Origin: Octopus vulgaris
Taxonomy: Eukaryota
Assembly (NCBI GenBank): GCA_951406725.2
Contig: OX597835.1
Span: 48,608,001-48,672,000 of the forward strand
Direction: 5' to 3'
DNA: 64,000 nt
The position numbers and the translations under genes were made by a program. The notes beneath the pieces were generated by a model. The model worked only from the letters and a program-made list of their open reading frames with translations. It was not told the DNA's origin and did not search any database. Below, in pieces: positions 41,071 through 53,989 of the stretch. The first letter of the stretch is position 1. Each line of letters starts with the position of its first letter.

Positions 41071-42540
41071 GTGGGTCGATAGTGATATACAGATGGGTGT
41101 GAAGTTTTCGTGTCTGGTGTGTTCAATGAAGCAGATTTTCCGGACAGCAAAACGTCCCAATATGTTTCATTTATTGTCCTCGGCAATGTTGATTACATAG
41201 CAAACTAAACATAAAGGTCAAGCAACACTTTTCCTTTGTGAGGTGTGTGTGTGTGTGTGTAAAATTTATCGGTTGCCCATAAGTCAGAAAGAAGGCGCTT
41301 TCAATATAAGCAATTGAGCGGTTAGACTTTTCTATCGTCAAACTGCATATTACTGATTTGTGCAGATATCTGGCCAAGTTGCTACCCCGCTCGTTACACC
41401 GTAAACTAACTTAGAGACTATGTACCTGTATCATAAATGAAGTTACGCACTTGCGGCCATCTTAACTGAAAAGCGGCCAACACAAAAATTAAAAATACGG
41501 CTTGTAGTTCTTTGTTTGCAGGTTTGCCGAAGTTGCAGACCTTATGGAGAAAGAAATACTTATAAATTTGGTAATATTAAAAAATTCAAAAAATATTCTC
41601 GTGAGATTTGGGTGAAACGTTGTACTCATCCATTCAGAATCCACCCAGCAACAAACAAACTTCAAGACATTTATATATAATTCTTTAGCTAGAAAAAGTA
41701 GAAAAATAAAACAGGCGACACAGTAGCAGATTAGAAAGGGTCTGGAATCAATTTGGAGCGCCAAAGCGTACGTCCCTAGAGGAAAAATATGGTACAGTAG
41801 GGATGAAATTCCCTACAGAGGATCAGGCCTAGAAGCTCTCTATAACAACCCTTAGCACTGACGAGCTCTTCCTCATCCGAAACAACTGTGAACCAGAGTA
41901 ATTAAAATAAAGTGTTTTGTTCGTTATTTCAAATGTGGTATATCTGGAAGTTGGAAGTGTCTGGCAGTTTGTACATTAAAGAGCTCTCTGATGCCGAAGT
42001 TTCGAAACTACCCCTCCAGGATTTTCCATGTGTTTTTGTGTATCTCTCTTCCGCGTTCAGAAGAATGGAGACGAAGAGCTTTCCAGATTTTTATTCCTGC
42101 AAAATCCTAAATTCGATATTCTATTTTTTCATTTGTTTCTTCACCCTTTCCCTCTTTATTTATATTTTGCATTTTTGTTTGTTTATGAAGTTTCTCTATT
42201 CCATTCTCTCAGGACAGAGAAGCCCCCCCTCCCCACCGCCTGACCCGTTCCGTTTAAATATTCCTGTTGCTCACTCATTGTTTATCCTGAACAATTCTGA
42301 TCTTTATAAATATGTGTTTGTGCGCGCGCGTGCATGTGTGTGTGTGAATGCGTGAATGTGTGGGGGTATGTTGTGGTTTGTTGTATTTTGTGCTTGTTGA
42401 CTCAAAATGATATGCACAAACACACGCACTCACACACACAAACACACTCGCACACTTACTCACATACACACAGCCATGTGTGTGTATGTGTGCGTGTGCA
42501 TGTGTGTGTATGAATGTATGTATGTAAATATACGTATATA

Positions 42541-42577
<37 letters not shown>

Positions 42578-42717
42578 GTGTGTACATCCATATTTGAAAA
42601 TGTGTGTGTATGTAAATGTATATGTGTGTGTATGTGTGTGTGTATGTGTGTATGTGTGCATGTGTGTATGCATATACGTATGGAAACATACAAACATAAA
42701 CGCACTGACGCTTGAAT

Positions 42718-43075
42718 TATGGATTGGTGTAAGTGGAGTCCCATAGACCCATACATTCCGTTACACGTACGTTAATACATGTAAGACATAATTAGACGTA
42801 CACGTTGGGTATGGGCCCATACTGACACATACAGACATACATATAAATACACACACACACATAGACACGCACACACACACACACATTCATACATACATAC
42901 ACAAACATACATGTGGCTGTATAGAAACGTATGTATACATGATCCATGTGATATTATTTCGTGTATTTACGTTTCCAGTCGCCAGTTGATATATCACAAG
43001 TGACAGAGTGAAGTGTGGGGTAGGAGAGCGTGATGGGTAGCTGGGGTGGCGGAGACACTGAAGTCTGTCACTGAC
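42718..43075 (+). repeat. Diverged local duplication, copy 1 (copy 2 at 45068-45455)
   Basis: Collinear blocks TATGGATT..TGTAAGT, ATTCCGTTA, ATAATTAGAC, TGGCTGTATA, ACATGATCCATGTGA, CCAGTTGATA.ATCACAAGTGA and GAGACACT.AAGTCTGTC.CTGAC. Confidence 0.8.
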
Positions 43076-43194
43076 AGCCTAAAACAATCTAACCACGCCT
43101 AAGAACTGGATCTTTCTAGAAACATCCACCCGATGGAAGATGGCGACAATATCGCCAACAATCACAACAACAGCAACAATACATTTTTTCTCTA

Positions 43195-43732
43195 TTTTAC
43201 TCAGAACGCCTGAAATTTTGAGTAGGAAGGGGTCAGATGATTAAATTGACCCAAGTACTCAACTCGTACTTGTTTCATTTTATAAGAAGCGGAGTCGAAT
43301 TCGGTGGAATTCGAACTCTACGCGTTAAGCCAGTGGAAGTAATGTGCTACTAAGCACTTTGTCCAGAATATGGCCAGTTATTTTGTGATAGGGGCCCTAA
43401 TGGATGCCATCGATCCCAATGCTTCATAGATAGTGTATTTTATTGACCATGGATGGATGGATGGTAGGCAAAGTGAATCCCGGTAGGATCGGAACTCGGA
43501 ACGTACAGCCAAACATCGGATCCAAATTTTGGAACATGGCCAGCAATTTAGGGGAAGGGGACAAGTCGATTAGATCAACCCCAGTACGTGCTCTACTGGT
43601 ACTTTTTTTATCGACCCTAAAAGGATGAAAAGCAAAGTTAACCTAGGTGGAATTTGTACTCAGGCCGTAAAGACGGACGAAATGTCGCTAAGCATTTCGT
43701 CCAGTGTGAGAACGGCTCTGTCCGCTCGCCGC
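43195..43732 (-). mobile_element. Cluster of diverged SINE family B copies
   Basis: CTGGTACTT...TTATCGACCC..AAGGATGAAA.GCAAAG...CTAAGCATTTCGTCC on the plus strand. Confidence 0.7.
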
Positions 43733-43944
43733 ATGCAGGCAAACAAACATCGCAAATATCCTGTTGGTCTTCCTCTCAGGAGTTTGTCCCTTTTCTTTCC
43801 TTATGGTTGTAGTATTTGTATACCTTGTGCTCTTACTGTGTGACCAAAGTACTTCACCTTCCATCTTTTAATAATTGAGAGTAATTATCTTTTTTGTATT
43901 TGTTAGTTTTAGGTTGTAGCACTTCTTTATTAATTAGCTTTAAG

Positions 43945-44540
43945 TTTTGTCCAAGGTATTTTGGTTTGGGGTCCAGCCCCTGTGCGTGGCACCCTGGGAA
44001 CGTTTCTCCACTGTAGATCCGGATAGACCAACGCCTTGTTGGTGAATTTGGTAAACGGCAACTGCTTTGAATCCCATGGTATATGTGTGTGTGTATGTGT
44101 GTTTCATGTTGTTTGTTTGTGCCCTATAACTTAGCAGTTCATCAAAAGACACTGACAGAATAATGCCTGATTCAAAAATATGTCCTGGGATCGATTTGCT
44201 CGTCTAAACTCTTCAAGGCTTTGTATTTATTTCTAACTTGTGTCTGTTATCGGAATGAAACATGCGAGAGAGAAAGAGCGAAACATGGCGCCCACATTTC
44301 AAAGCAGCAACAAAAGAAGAAAATAAAATAATAATAAAAAAAGACAAAAAAAAAAACAAATAACCTCGCAGTACAAAAGAAAAGAAAACAAAAATGTAGA
44401 CGTTTGCTTCGCAACCACATGGTTTGGGGGTCGGTTCCATTGCGTGGAACCCTTGGTACGTGTCTTCTACTATAGACTCGGGTCGATCAAAGCCTTGTGG
44501 GTGAATTTGGTTGACGGAATCTGGAAGAAGCCCGTCATTT
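43945..44540 (+). mobile_element. Two diverged SINE family A copies
   Basis: TGCGTGGCACCCTGGG... at about 43983 and CAACCACATGG...GAAGCCCGTC at about 44412-44537. Confidence 0.7.
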
Positions 44541-45067
44541 ATCTACACACACACACATACGCATACACACACACACTCACACGCACATATGTATATATCA
44601 TTATCATCATCATCGTCATTGTCATCATCGTCGTTGTCATCATCGTCATCATCTTCCTCATAATCATCGTGTCGTCGTCGTCATCATCTGGCCGAGTCTG
44701 CTCGGACATGAGCCTGAGCCGGGACTACAACAGGGGTCGTTCCTTGTTTGACCGCGCGAAGAGGGATGTAGGATGAGTTTCTGAAGTTAATGCCAATTTT
44801 GGAATGTCTTTCGATTGCTAATTTCTCGTCCGTGGTCGCAGGTCTTAGGCACGATTGCGGTGCCAGTTAAACTGACGGATTTCTCAGGGAAATTTTCACA
44901 AAAGTGTAATTTGTTTCTGTGAAGTAGGAAGAGACTCAATTACAAATTCTCTTACGTCTTGCATTCCATTCCGTACTACGATCCTGCTTTTCAATGACTG
45001 TGACATTTCCGGTCTTTTCGGAGCTTCAGGATTTCCCCGTGACCCTAGCAGAACGGCTGATGGCTGC

Positions 45068-45455
45068 TATGGATTACTGTAAGTATAGCCCCGTAGTCCA
45101 GCATATTCCGTTATACAGGCGTTAATGCATGCGCATATAATTAGACATACACACACATAAAGGCACATACATACATACCTATATACATACATAAATACAT
45201 ACTTTCATACATACAAATACACAAACACACACACATACATACATACACACACAGACATACATACACACATATGGCTGTATACACACATATGGCTGTATAC
45301 AAAAATATGTGCACATGATCCATGTGAAATTATTTACGTTTCCTTTATTTCCGTTTCCGGTCACCAGTTGATAAATCACAAGTGAAAGGGGGAAGTGTAA
45401 GTGGGGGGAGGGGCGAGAGCGTGAAGTTGGAGAGACACTAAAGTCTGTCCCTGAC
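45068..45455 (+). repeat. Diverged local duplication, copy 2
   Basis: See 42718-43075. Confidence 0.8.
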
Positions 45456-45587
45456 CGGACTGCTTGTTGGGTAATGCTAACCTGTATATCTCAGATGACA
45501 TTCTCCTATCCGTAAACTGGGGGCCCAATGGATAAGGTTTATCATTACCACACAATTATGTGCATATGATTAAGTGCCACCACCGCA

Positions 45588-45860
45588 TGACAACCGGTAC
45601 TGGTACGTTTACGTCCCTGTATCTTAGCTGTTCTGCAAAAGTGACTAATAAAATAAGTACGAATCTAAACTAAATTGAGTACTTGGGTCAATTCCTGCGA
45701 TTAAAAATCTTCGAAAGCAGTGTCCCAGCGGAGCCGCAGTTCGGCAAATAAGATCGATAGAATAAATACTAGGTTTAATAATAAAAAAATGTCCTGAGAT
45801 CTTCAAGGCGGTGCTCCAGCATCGCCGGAGCCTAATGACTAAACCAAGTAAAAGATAAAA
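45588..45860 (+). mobile_element. SINE family A 3' region with duplicated tail
   Basis: TGACAACCGGTACTGG...AATAAGTAC...GCCGCAGT, then a second GATAGAATAAATACTAGG...GGCGGTGCTCCAGCAT...AAGTAAAAGATAAAA. Confidence 0.7.
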
Positions 45861-46339
45861 TATAATTTTATCTTTTAAACTGTTTTACGTAATTTTTCTC
45901 ACAAATAATTTGTTGTTTGTTTTTTGCTGTATTTGTTTCTCATAATTTTATACATACATTTTATAAATTTATTTTTATATATTTCTTGTTAAACATATGT
46001 TTATATACAAATTTTATACATTCATTTTTATGCATTTGTTTTCGCGCGTTTATTTTTTTTATGTCTCTTATCGTTGGGTAATTATATTCTGCGGTCTTCA
46101 TGTTGTTGATTTTTATAGCTTTTGTCCCTTGTTTACAGGCAGTTATCTTCCCTTTAATAGTTTTGTTTACCTTTTTATAACTCAGAACCAATAAAATTCG
46201 GAAATATAATCGTTTGTTTTGCAATTAATTACCTTCGTTTGTGCAAATACTATAATCATTTAAGAGGTTGAATTTTCTTGTTTTATTTTGAAGTTTATAG
46301 CTTTTTTTTTTCTCCTAGGGGGTCTGGATGAAGAGGCAG

Positions 46340-46590
46340 TGCCCATAGCTCTACAGGATCCCTCCTAAACTGGTGAGATTGATGCCATAAATCGTTCTCT
46401 TGAACTTTGTAAGTTATCGCTTGCGGGAAAGATATGAACCGGGAGGGAACTTCAGAAGCCGAGGTTCTGGTTAGGAAAGACTGGGGTGGGATAAAATAGT
46501 TATTAATGAAGAATCTAGAGGGTTCGAAACAGCAAGGATCATATCATGAGAGGAGGGCAAACGGAAAATGCCTGTGTGGAGGTGACATGT
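46340..46590 (-). mobile_element. Possible CR1/Jockey-group LINE 3' end remnant
   Basis: Minus strand across frameshifts gives QSFLTRTSA../SSLPVHIFPASDNLQ/FKRTI, resembling the SF.prT..lWNsLP..vFP...nL..FK C-terminus. Confidence 0.5.
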
Positions 46591-46739
46591 TCATACCCAA
46601 ACATAACGCACGGAAGCCATGATTGTGGCAGCAAAAAGGCAGAGAGATGAAACAGCATAAAAACATAAATAAATAAATAAAAATATAATAAAAACAAAAG
46701 AATATAATATTGTATAGTTTAAGCTGAAGGTGATTTTGG

Positions 46740-47925
46740 TGGGGCTGCGGCTATCTGTGGTTCGGTTGATCCCAGTACTTGATTTGTACTGTAATTCTTC
46801 GACACTGGAAAGAAGAAAGCTGCGGTGGGTTTCGAACGCAGAACGCAAGATATCGAGATAAGTACCGTATGGCATTTAAGGATAATCAAAATATTTCTTT
46901 CCATTCTAGGGATAATGCCTGACATTTTTTTATGGAGGAGTCTAGTCGAATCATATGGACCCCAGTTCTCCGTTGGTATTTATTTTATCAACACTAAAAA
47001 AAGGAAGAAAAAGCAAACATCGAACCGACAGGATTTGAACTGAGACAAAAAAATGCTGCGAGAAATGTCTGTAAGCATTTTGTCCAGTGCTGTTAACGAT
47101 TCTGCCAGTTCCCCGCATTTATGGCGACGTTCAAACCGATAAAACGTCACCAGGTGGACACCACGTGGGATATATGCGATATTTAAAGCGAGAAGTGTAA
47201 CTTTACCACTGTTAAGGCGTTGGGATGGCAATAAATGCTTTCCTCAAAGCTTGTAATCAGAAAAGATGTAAGATCCCAGGGTTTTTGAAAGGAGAATTGC
47301 TTTCGATCGTCGCTTATTAACGAAATTTTTAAACCGATGTAATTGGTCAAGAACATTCGATAGATGTAGAATTTATGGACTGGGTTTTGAAAATACCTAA
47401 TGGCGCTAGTAATGTTGGTGGTGGTGATGGTTTTGATGGTGGGGAGGGACGTGCTAAGACCTGGTGTTGCAGTTGTTATTACTGTTGTTGTTTAAAATTG
47501 ACAAGCTGGCAGATTCGTTGAGCACGCCGGACAAAGTGCTTAGCGGCATTTTGTCCGTTTTTACGTTCTCAGTTGAAATTCCACGGCGGTCAAGTTTCCC
47601 TTTTCTCCCTCTCGGGGTCAATAAAACAAGTACCAGCTGAAGACGGGTCGATATTATCCACTGCCCGCTCGTCCCCTCCAAAACAATTTCGGCCCTTGTG
47701 CCTATATTAGAAAGGATTATCCTTGTTGTGGTGACGGTGGTGATGATGTTAAGCTAACAAGCTTGCAGAATCCGTAGAGCGCCGAACAATATTCATTGCG
47801 GTATTTCTTCCGGCTCCTGGTTCTCTATGTTCGAATCTCGCCTTTCAGGATCGATAAAAATCAAGTACCAATCAAGTACTGGAATCGATAGTATTAACTA
47901 AAACCTATCCTCAAAGTTATTGGCC
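46740..47925. mobile_element. SINE family B remnants in both orientations
   Basis: Minus copies at about 46740-46860 and 46940-47115. Plus copies at about 47503-47720 and 47758-47925. Confidence 0.65.
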
Positions 47926-47948
47926 GATTATTGTTGTTGCTATAAGAG

Positions 47949-48104
47949 TTTTACATTATTTACATTACTTACATTTGACCGATATTTGTCCTCATCTTGT
48001 TTGTTGTTACCTCAGCGTATCGGATGATTTACCCTCCAGCCTTCATCAGGTGTCCTGGGGGAATTTCGAACCTGGGTTCTCATTCCTAAGCAATTTTTCC
48101 GATG

Positions 48105-48153
<49 letters not shown>

Positions 48154-48293
48154 CATCATCATCATCACCATCATCATCATCATTATCATTATTATTATTA
48201 TTATTGTTCAGGTCACTGCCTGGAATCGAACTCGGAATCTTGGGGTTAGTAGTCCGCACTCTTAACCACTACGCGATATGCCCGTGGGCATAT
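47949..48293 (-). mobile_element. tRNA-headed SINE-like element with (AAT)n spacer and hammerhead-like 3' module
   Basis: Minus strand: GGGCATATCGCGTAGTGGTTAAG (A box)...GAGTTCGATTCC (B box) at 48211-48283; then (AAT/GAT)n; then ACAC-CTGATGA-A-GGCTG..CATCC-GATAC at 48017-48053; then an (AATGTAAAT)-like tandem tail. The 5' end is the palindrome ATATGCCC-GT-GGGCATAT. Confidence 0.7.
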
Positions 48294-49034
48294 ATAGAAC
48301 TGATCTTGCAGGGCAATGATGAAAATCAGTCCGGCCCCTATATCCAGTTTTTTAGGATTATGCAAAACTACATTATCTAAGATGTCCTTCCTTCACATAA
48401 GATGAACGTTTGGCTGATATTTCCAGCAAATCGATAGACCACTTCCGTGGACTTTCTGTCAGTTGATTGCAAATGGTGTTAATAGTGTCGGCGTTAGCGA
48501 TGGTGGAGGTGGTGGGAGCGTCATTGTAGTCGTGGTGGTGGTTGTCATAGTGGTGGTCATCGTAGTGGTGGGGGGGTAGTGGTGGTGGTGGTGGTGGTGA
48601 TGTGTCTGGAGGATGTCTGGAAGGTGGTCGGATGTGGGGGCGATAATGGTGATAATGATGTCAAGAGATGAGAAGGAGGAATATTAAAAAATCCGTAGAA
48701 GCGTAAAAGCTGATTGCTCGTGACTTGATCCATTTGTACACCCGAAGAAGGGAACGCCGAGGACAAAAACAAACAACACCAAACAACAGAAATATCTGCT
48801 GGCCGAACGAATAAAGCAGATGAAAACGGAAGAAGGGAATACAAAGACAGAGGGAAGGAAAGAAAGACGTCCAGGGGGGTCGAGAGAGGGAGAGAGAGAG
48901 AGAGAGAGAATATTGATGATATTAAGTGACAGAGAGATGGAAGTGAAGATGCATGGGACTACCACAGCTTTCTGACCATTTCTCTTTCCTACCCACTTTT
49001 CATAATTATTTACATGTATGTGTGTGTGTATGTG

Positions 49035-49113
<79 letters not shown>

Positions 49114-49140
49114 GTATGTATATATATATATGTATGTATG

Positions 49141-49197
<57 letters not shown>

Positions 49198-49198
49198 G

Positions 49199-49231
<33 letters not shown>

Positions 49232-49769
49232 ATATGTTTGTATGTATGTATGTATGTATGTATGTATGTGTGTATATGTATTTATTCATGAATGTATGTA
49301 TATGTATATATACATCTGCGTGCGTATATGTTCTGTTATGTCTTGATATAGTATGTCCCTGAAGAGACGTCTATGCATATATGTACATACGTGTACGTCA
49401 TATACATCCTATCTCTCCTCTCTCTCTTTCTTTCTCTTTCTCTCTGTATACATATTGATATATTTATACACACGTTATATATATATATGTATGTATGTAT
49501 GCATGTATGTATGTATGTATGTATGTCATACATATGTATATATGCTGCGTGTGTATGTAAACAATGTTGTCCTAACGACAATCGATCAAATCACACCATT
49601 AACCAATGCCAATATCCTCACACACACACACACACACACACACTATTTCTTCCGCCATATTTCCCTCTCATCTTTGACCATTCCACTCGATTTACTTTCA
49701 TAATTATCATCTCTGAATATTTCTTTCTTGTCTTTTTTGTTCTTTTATATATATATATTTTTTTTCTAT

Positions 49770-49935
49770 TTCGCTTCTGCCCATACGGCCATCATCTCCA
49801 CCACCATCAGCAACAGCAGCAGCAGCAGCATAATTATCAATCATCATCATCATCATCACCATCATAATCATCATCATCATCATCATCGTCATCGTCATCG
49901 TCGTCGTCGTCTATTATGATTGTCATTGATTGTCA
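49770..49935 (+). repeat. Source of the inverted copy at 51904-52084
   Basis: TGCCCATACGGCCATCATCTCCACCACCATCAGCAA(CAG)nCATAATTATCAA(TCA)n(GTC)nTATTATGATTGTCATTGATTGTCA. Confidence 0.9.
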
Positions 49936-50121
49936 TTGTTATCGCGTTGAATATAATATTTGTGTTTGTCGGGGTTTTTTTTCTTTCTGCTTTTTTTCCG
50001 TATTTGATAAAAAAAATAAATGTTTTTTCGTATTTGTAATCCTTCTAACACCGCATTTGCTGACCTCGCAGCAAATTAAGGAAACCATTACTATCATTAT
50101 CATCACCATTATCATCATCAA

Positions 50122-50662
50122 TCTTCTTCTTCTTCTCCTTCTTTTTCTTCTTCTTCTTCTTCTTCTTCTTCTTTTTCTTCTTCTTCTTCTTCTTCTTCTT
50201 CTTCTTCTTCTTCTTCTTCTCCTTCTTTTTCTTCTTGTTCCTTCTTTTTCTTCTTTCCTTCTTCTTCTTCTTCTTCTTTTTGTTCTTCTTCTTCTTCTTT
50301 TTCTTCTTCTTCTTCTTCTTCTTCTTCTTCTTCTCTTTTTCTTTTTCCTTCTTTTTCTTCTTCCTTCTTTTTCTTTTTCTACTTCTTCTTTTCTTCTTTT
50401 TTTCTTCTTCTTCTTCTTCTTCTTCTTCTTCTTCATCTTTTTCTTCTTTCCTTCTTTTTCTTCTTTCCTTCTTCTTCTTCTTCTTCATCTTTTTCTTCTT
50501 TCCTTCTTTTTCTTCTTTCCTTCTTCTTCTTCTTCTTCTTTTTGTTCTTCTTCTTCTTCTTCTTCTTCTTCTTCTTCTTTTCCTTCTTTTTCTTCTTTCC
50601 TTCTTTTTCTTCTTTCCTTCTTCTTCTTCTTCTTCTTCTTTTTCTTCTTCTTCTTCTTCTTA

Positions 50663-50717
<55 letters not shown>

Positions 50718-50725
50718 CATTATTG

Positions 50726-50783
<58 letters not shown>

Positions 50784-50801
50784 CATCATTATTATTATTA
50801 T
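50122..50801 (+). repeat. (CTT)n tract with a recurring TCCTTCTTTTTCTTCTTTCC unit, followed by (ATT)n
   Basis: Directly visible polypyrimidine tract of about 540 bp. Confidence 0.95.
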
Positions 50802-50806
50802 CAAGT

Positions 50807-51042
50807 CGGCAAGCTGGCAGAATCGTTAGAACGCCGGGTTAAAATGCTTAGTGGTATTTCGTCCGTCCCTACGTTCTGGGTTCAAATTCCGCGGGGTTTG
50901 GCTTTGCCTTTCATCCTTTTGGGGTTGGTGAAATAAGTACCAGTTACGCACTGGGGTCAATGTAATCGATTTATCCTCTACCCCAAAATTTCAGGCTTTG
51001 TGCCTATAGAAGAAAGGATTATTATTATTATTATTATTATTA

Positions 51043-51127
<85 letters not shown>

Positions 51128-51195
51128 CAAAGCGGCGAGCTGGCAGAATCGTTAGTACTCCGGGCGAAATGCTTAGTAGCATTTCATCTGTCCAC
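50807..51195 (+). mobile_element. SINE family B full copy, (ATT)n, then a second head
   Basis: CGGCAAGCTGGCAGAATCGTTAG...TTGTGCCTATAGAAGAAAGG, then GCGGCGAGCTGGCAGAATCGTTAG at 51131. Confidence 0.85.
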
Positions 51196-51584
51196 GATGG
51201 TACCGTTAAGGATATCAACCGATCTCCCTTATATGGCGCCCAAGTGTTTTCTTCATAGAAAAGAAGTTTACGTTAAAAAAAAAATGTGACCGCTGATATA
51301 CAAAAAATATAGAATGGTCATTGTACGGAGACTTTTTGTGCCTATTTCTGTTTGGTTATGTCCTACCTAAGGTTAATCTACTACAATAATACCTGTCAGC
51401 AATAGGCAGGTAACCAACAAGCGAGATTTACAGACGAGATTCTCCAATCTTCGGGTTGTTATTAGATTGAATAGTCCAATACGACCACACTTGATTTGAG
51501 ATGATCGTTTGCGTTTAGAAAGATTCGATTTAGAAAAAGTCGAGGTAGAAAATGCTAAAGTAATTTTATAAAAAAAACATTTTC

Positions 51585-51705
51585 TTCTCTCACTCATTTG
51601 CCTGCGGCCCTGCTGGAGCACCGCCTTGAAGGGTTTTATACGAGCAAATTGCCCCCAGGACTTACTTGATATATATATATATTGTCTGTGGTGTGTGTGT
51701 ATGTA

Positions 51706-51757
<52 letters not shown>

Positions 51758-51954
51758 AAGTGTAGTACTTTTGCTATCGGTCTCTTTGCCTAACCGCTAG
51801 GTTACATCAAGCGGTAATGGAGGGACAAACGCATGCACACACACACACATGTATATATACACATACACTCATACACACATACACACACACACATATATAT
51901 ATGTGACAATCAATGACAATCATAATAGACGACGACGACGACGACGATGATGAC

Positions 51955-51997
<43 letters not shown>

Positions 51998-52003
51998 GAT
52001 AAT

Positions 52004-52044
<41 letters not shown>

Positions 52045-52229
52045 TGATGGTGGTGGAGATGATGGCCGTATGGGCATAGGCGAACTAAACACACCGACAT
52101 CAAGCGGTAATGGAGGGACAAACACAGGCAGAAAGGCGCGTGCACACACACACACACACATGTATATATACACATGCACTCATACACACATCACACACAC
52201 ACACACACATGTATATATACACATAGACT

Positions 52230-52284
<55 letters not shown>

Positions 52285-52425
52285 GGTCTTCTTTCAGATT
52301 CCATCTCGCAGAACTTTAATCGCCTCCAAGCTATACAGTAAGACACTTACCCAAGATGCCATGCAGTGGGACTGAACCCGGGGCCAAGTGGTTGGGAAGA
52401 AAGCTTCTTATCACACCTGTGCCCA
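51585..52425 (-). mobile_element. SINE family A disrupted by a templated inverted insertion and a duplication
   Basis: Tail TCATTTGCCTGCGGCCCTGCTGGAGCACCGCC and head GCAGTGGGACTGAACCC. Insert at 51904-52084. ACATCAAGCGGTAATGGAGGGACAAAC occurs twice (51804-51830 and 52097-52123). Confidence 0.8.
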
Positions 52426-52432
52426 CAATACT

Positions 52433-52466
<34 letters not shown>

Positions 52467-52702
52467 TATATATATACATATATATAAGAAACAAGGGGAG
52501 AAAATAAAGGATGTGTAGTGGCTATATATGATATATATGATATCAACAATTGAGGGTAAAATTAATTAATTATTAATCAATTTCACCAATGTATGTATGT
52601 ATGTATGTATGTATGTATGTATGTATGTATGTATGTATGTATGTATATATGTATGTATGATATATATATAGATAGACAGAAAGATAGATAGATAGATAGT
52701 TT

Positions 52703-52804
<102 letters not shown>

Positions 52805-52922
52805 CAGAAAACGAGAGTGAGAGAGAGAAAGAGAGAGGGAGTTACTGACGTAGAGACGTTCATAAAAGATTGCCTGGCCATGATTTTCCCTCTTCTCTCG
52901 CTCTTCACAGCTTTTCTTATTT

Positions 52923-53012
<90 letters not shown>

Positions 53013-53989
53013 CACCTTAAACCTTTATTCCCTTCATTCCCCCATTCTTTCATTCTCGTTCTCTCATTGTCATCTTTACAACATTGTTTTGCCTCGTATT
53101 ATTGTCGTGTCATTTTCTCTACGACTCTTACCGTTATCAATATTGTTGTTCTTGCTCTTGACGTCGGTCTCCCTTCTGCTAGTTACGGCTAATGTTTTTG
53201 CTGTTTCTTTTTCCTTGCTATTGTTTTACTGGTAGTTCTGCTGTTGTTGTTGTTGCTGTTGTTGTTATTTAGAATATTGTTGATATCCTTGTTGTAGCTG
53301 TCATTGTTGTTGTTGTTATTGTTGTTGTCGTTGGCTGGTGTCATTCACATTGATATGTTCGCCCTTTGCACTACATATAAATACAACAACAACCACAACA
53401 GCAACAATAGCACTATGCTGCAAACAACAAACTTGGATGATATGCGGGTGAAATGAGATGCAGCGAGGTGGATGACAAAGAGAAATAGAGGGGTGGGTGA
53501 AGATTATTGAGTGGTGGTGGCGGTGGTGGTGTGCTGGTGGTGTGCTGGTGATTCTTATGTGGAATGGGGAGATTTATTCAGGCGACTGGAGAGTAGGGAG
53601 AGAGTAAGAGAGAGAGAGAGTGAGAGAAAGTAAAGGCGGGTAAGTTGTGAAAGACGGTGGTGGTGGTGGCTATGGTGGTGGTATTAGCGGTGGTGGTGGT
53701 GGTATTGGCGGTGGTGGTGTCCACATGTCCTAACACCATATTTTGTTATTTCTCCCACACACATTCCACACACACACACACACACAGACTTACCCTAAAC
53801 CCACCACCAGATCATCAACCTTCTACCTTACCCCACCCTCAGCCACTACCCACCTAACCTACTTCTGTCATAAATATCCCTGGTCCCGTCATTAACGAAT
53901 CATTTGTCGATCAACTGTCAACTGGAACCCCTAACCATCACAATGGTTGGTGGTAACTAAAAACTACACCATCTGTGCTAGCGCTGGCC

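Noticed and set aside
41856-41892. CTGACGA...CGAAACAACTGTG (and CTGATGC..CGAAAC at about 41988-42008)
   Set aside because: Both core halves are present but stem II does not pair and there is no valid NUH triplet or stem I. It may be a very old remnant but cannot be supported.
44690-45066. Complex sequence next to a (CAT)n tract, possibly a LINE 3' end
   Set aside because: I could not read any recognisable protein motif in any frame.
49786-49840. HHLHHHQQQQQ peptide resembling a transcription-factor low-complexity exon
   Set aside because: It is embedded in microsatellites, has no convincing splice context, and is copied in inverted form into a SINE.
49916-50842. 308-aa ORF, the longest in the track
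   Set aside because: Almost entirely (CTT)n/(ATT)n, ending in a SINE head.
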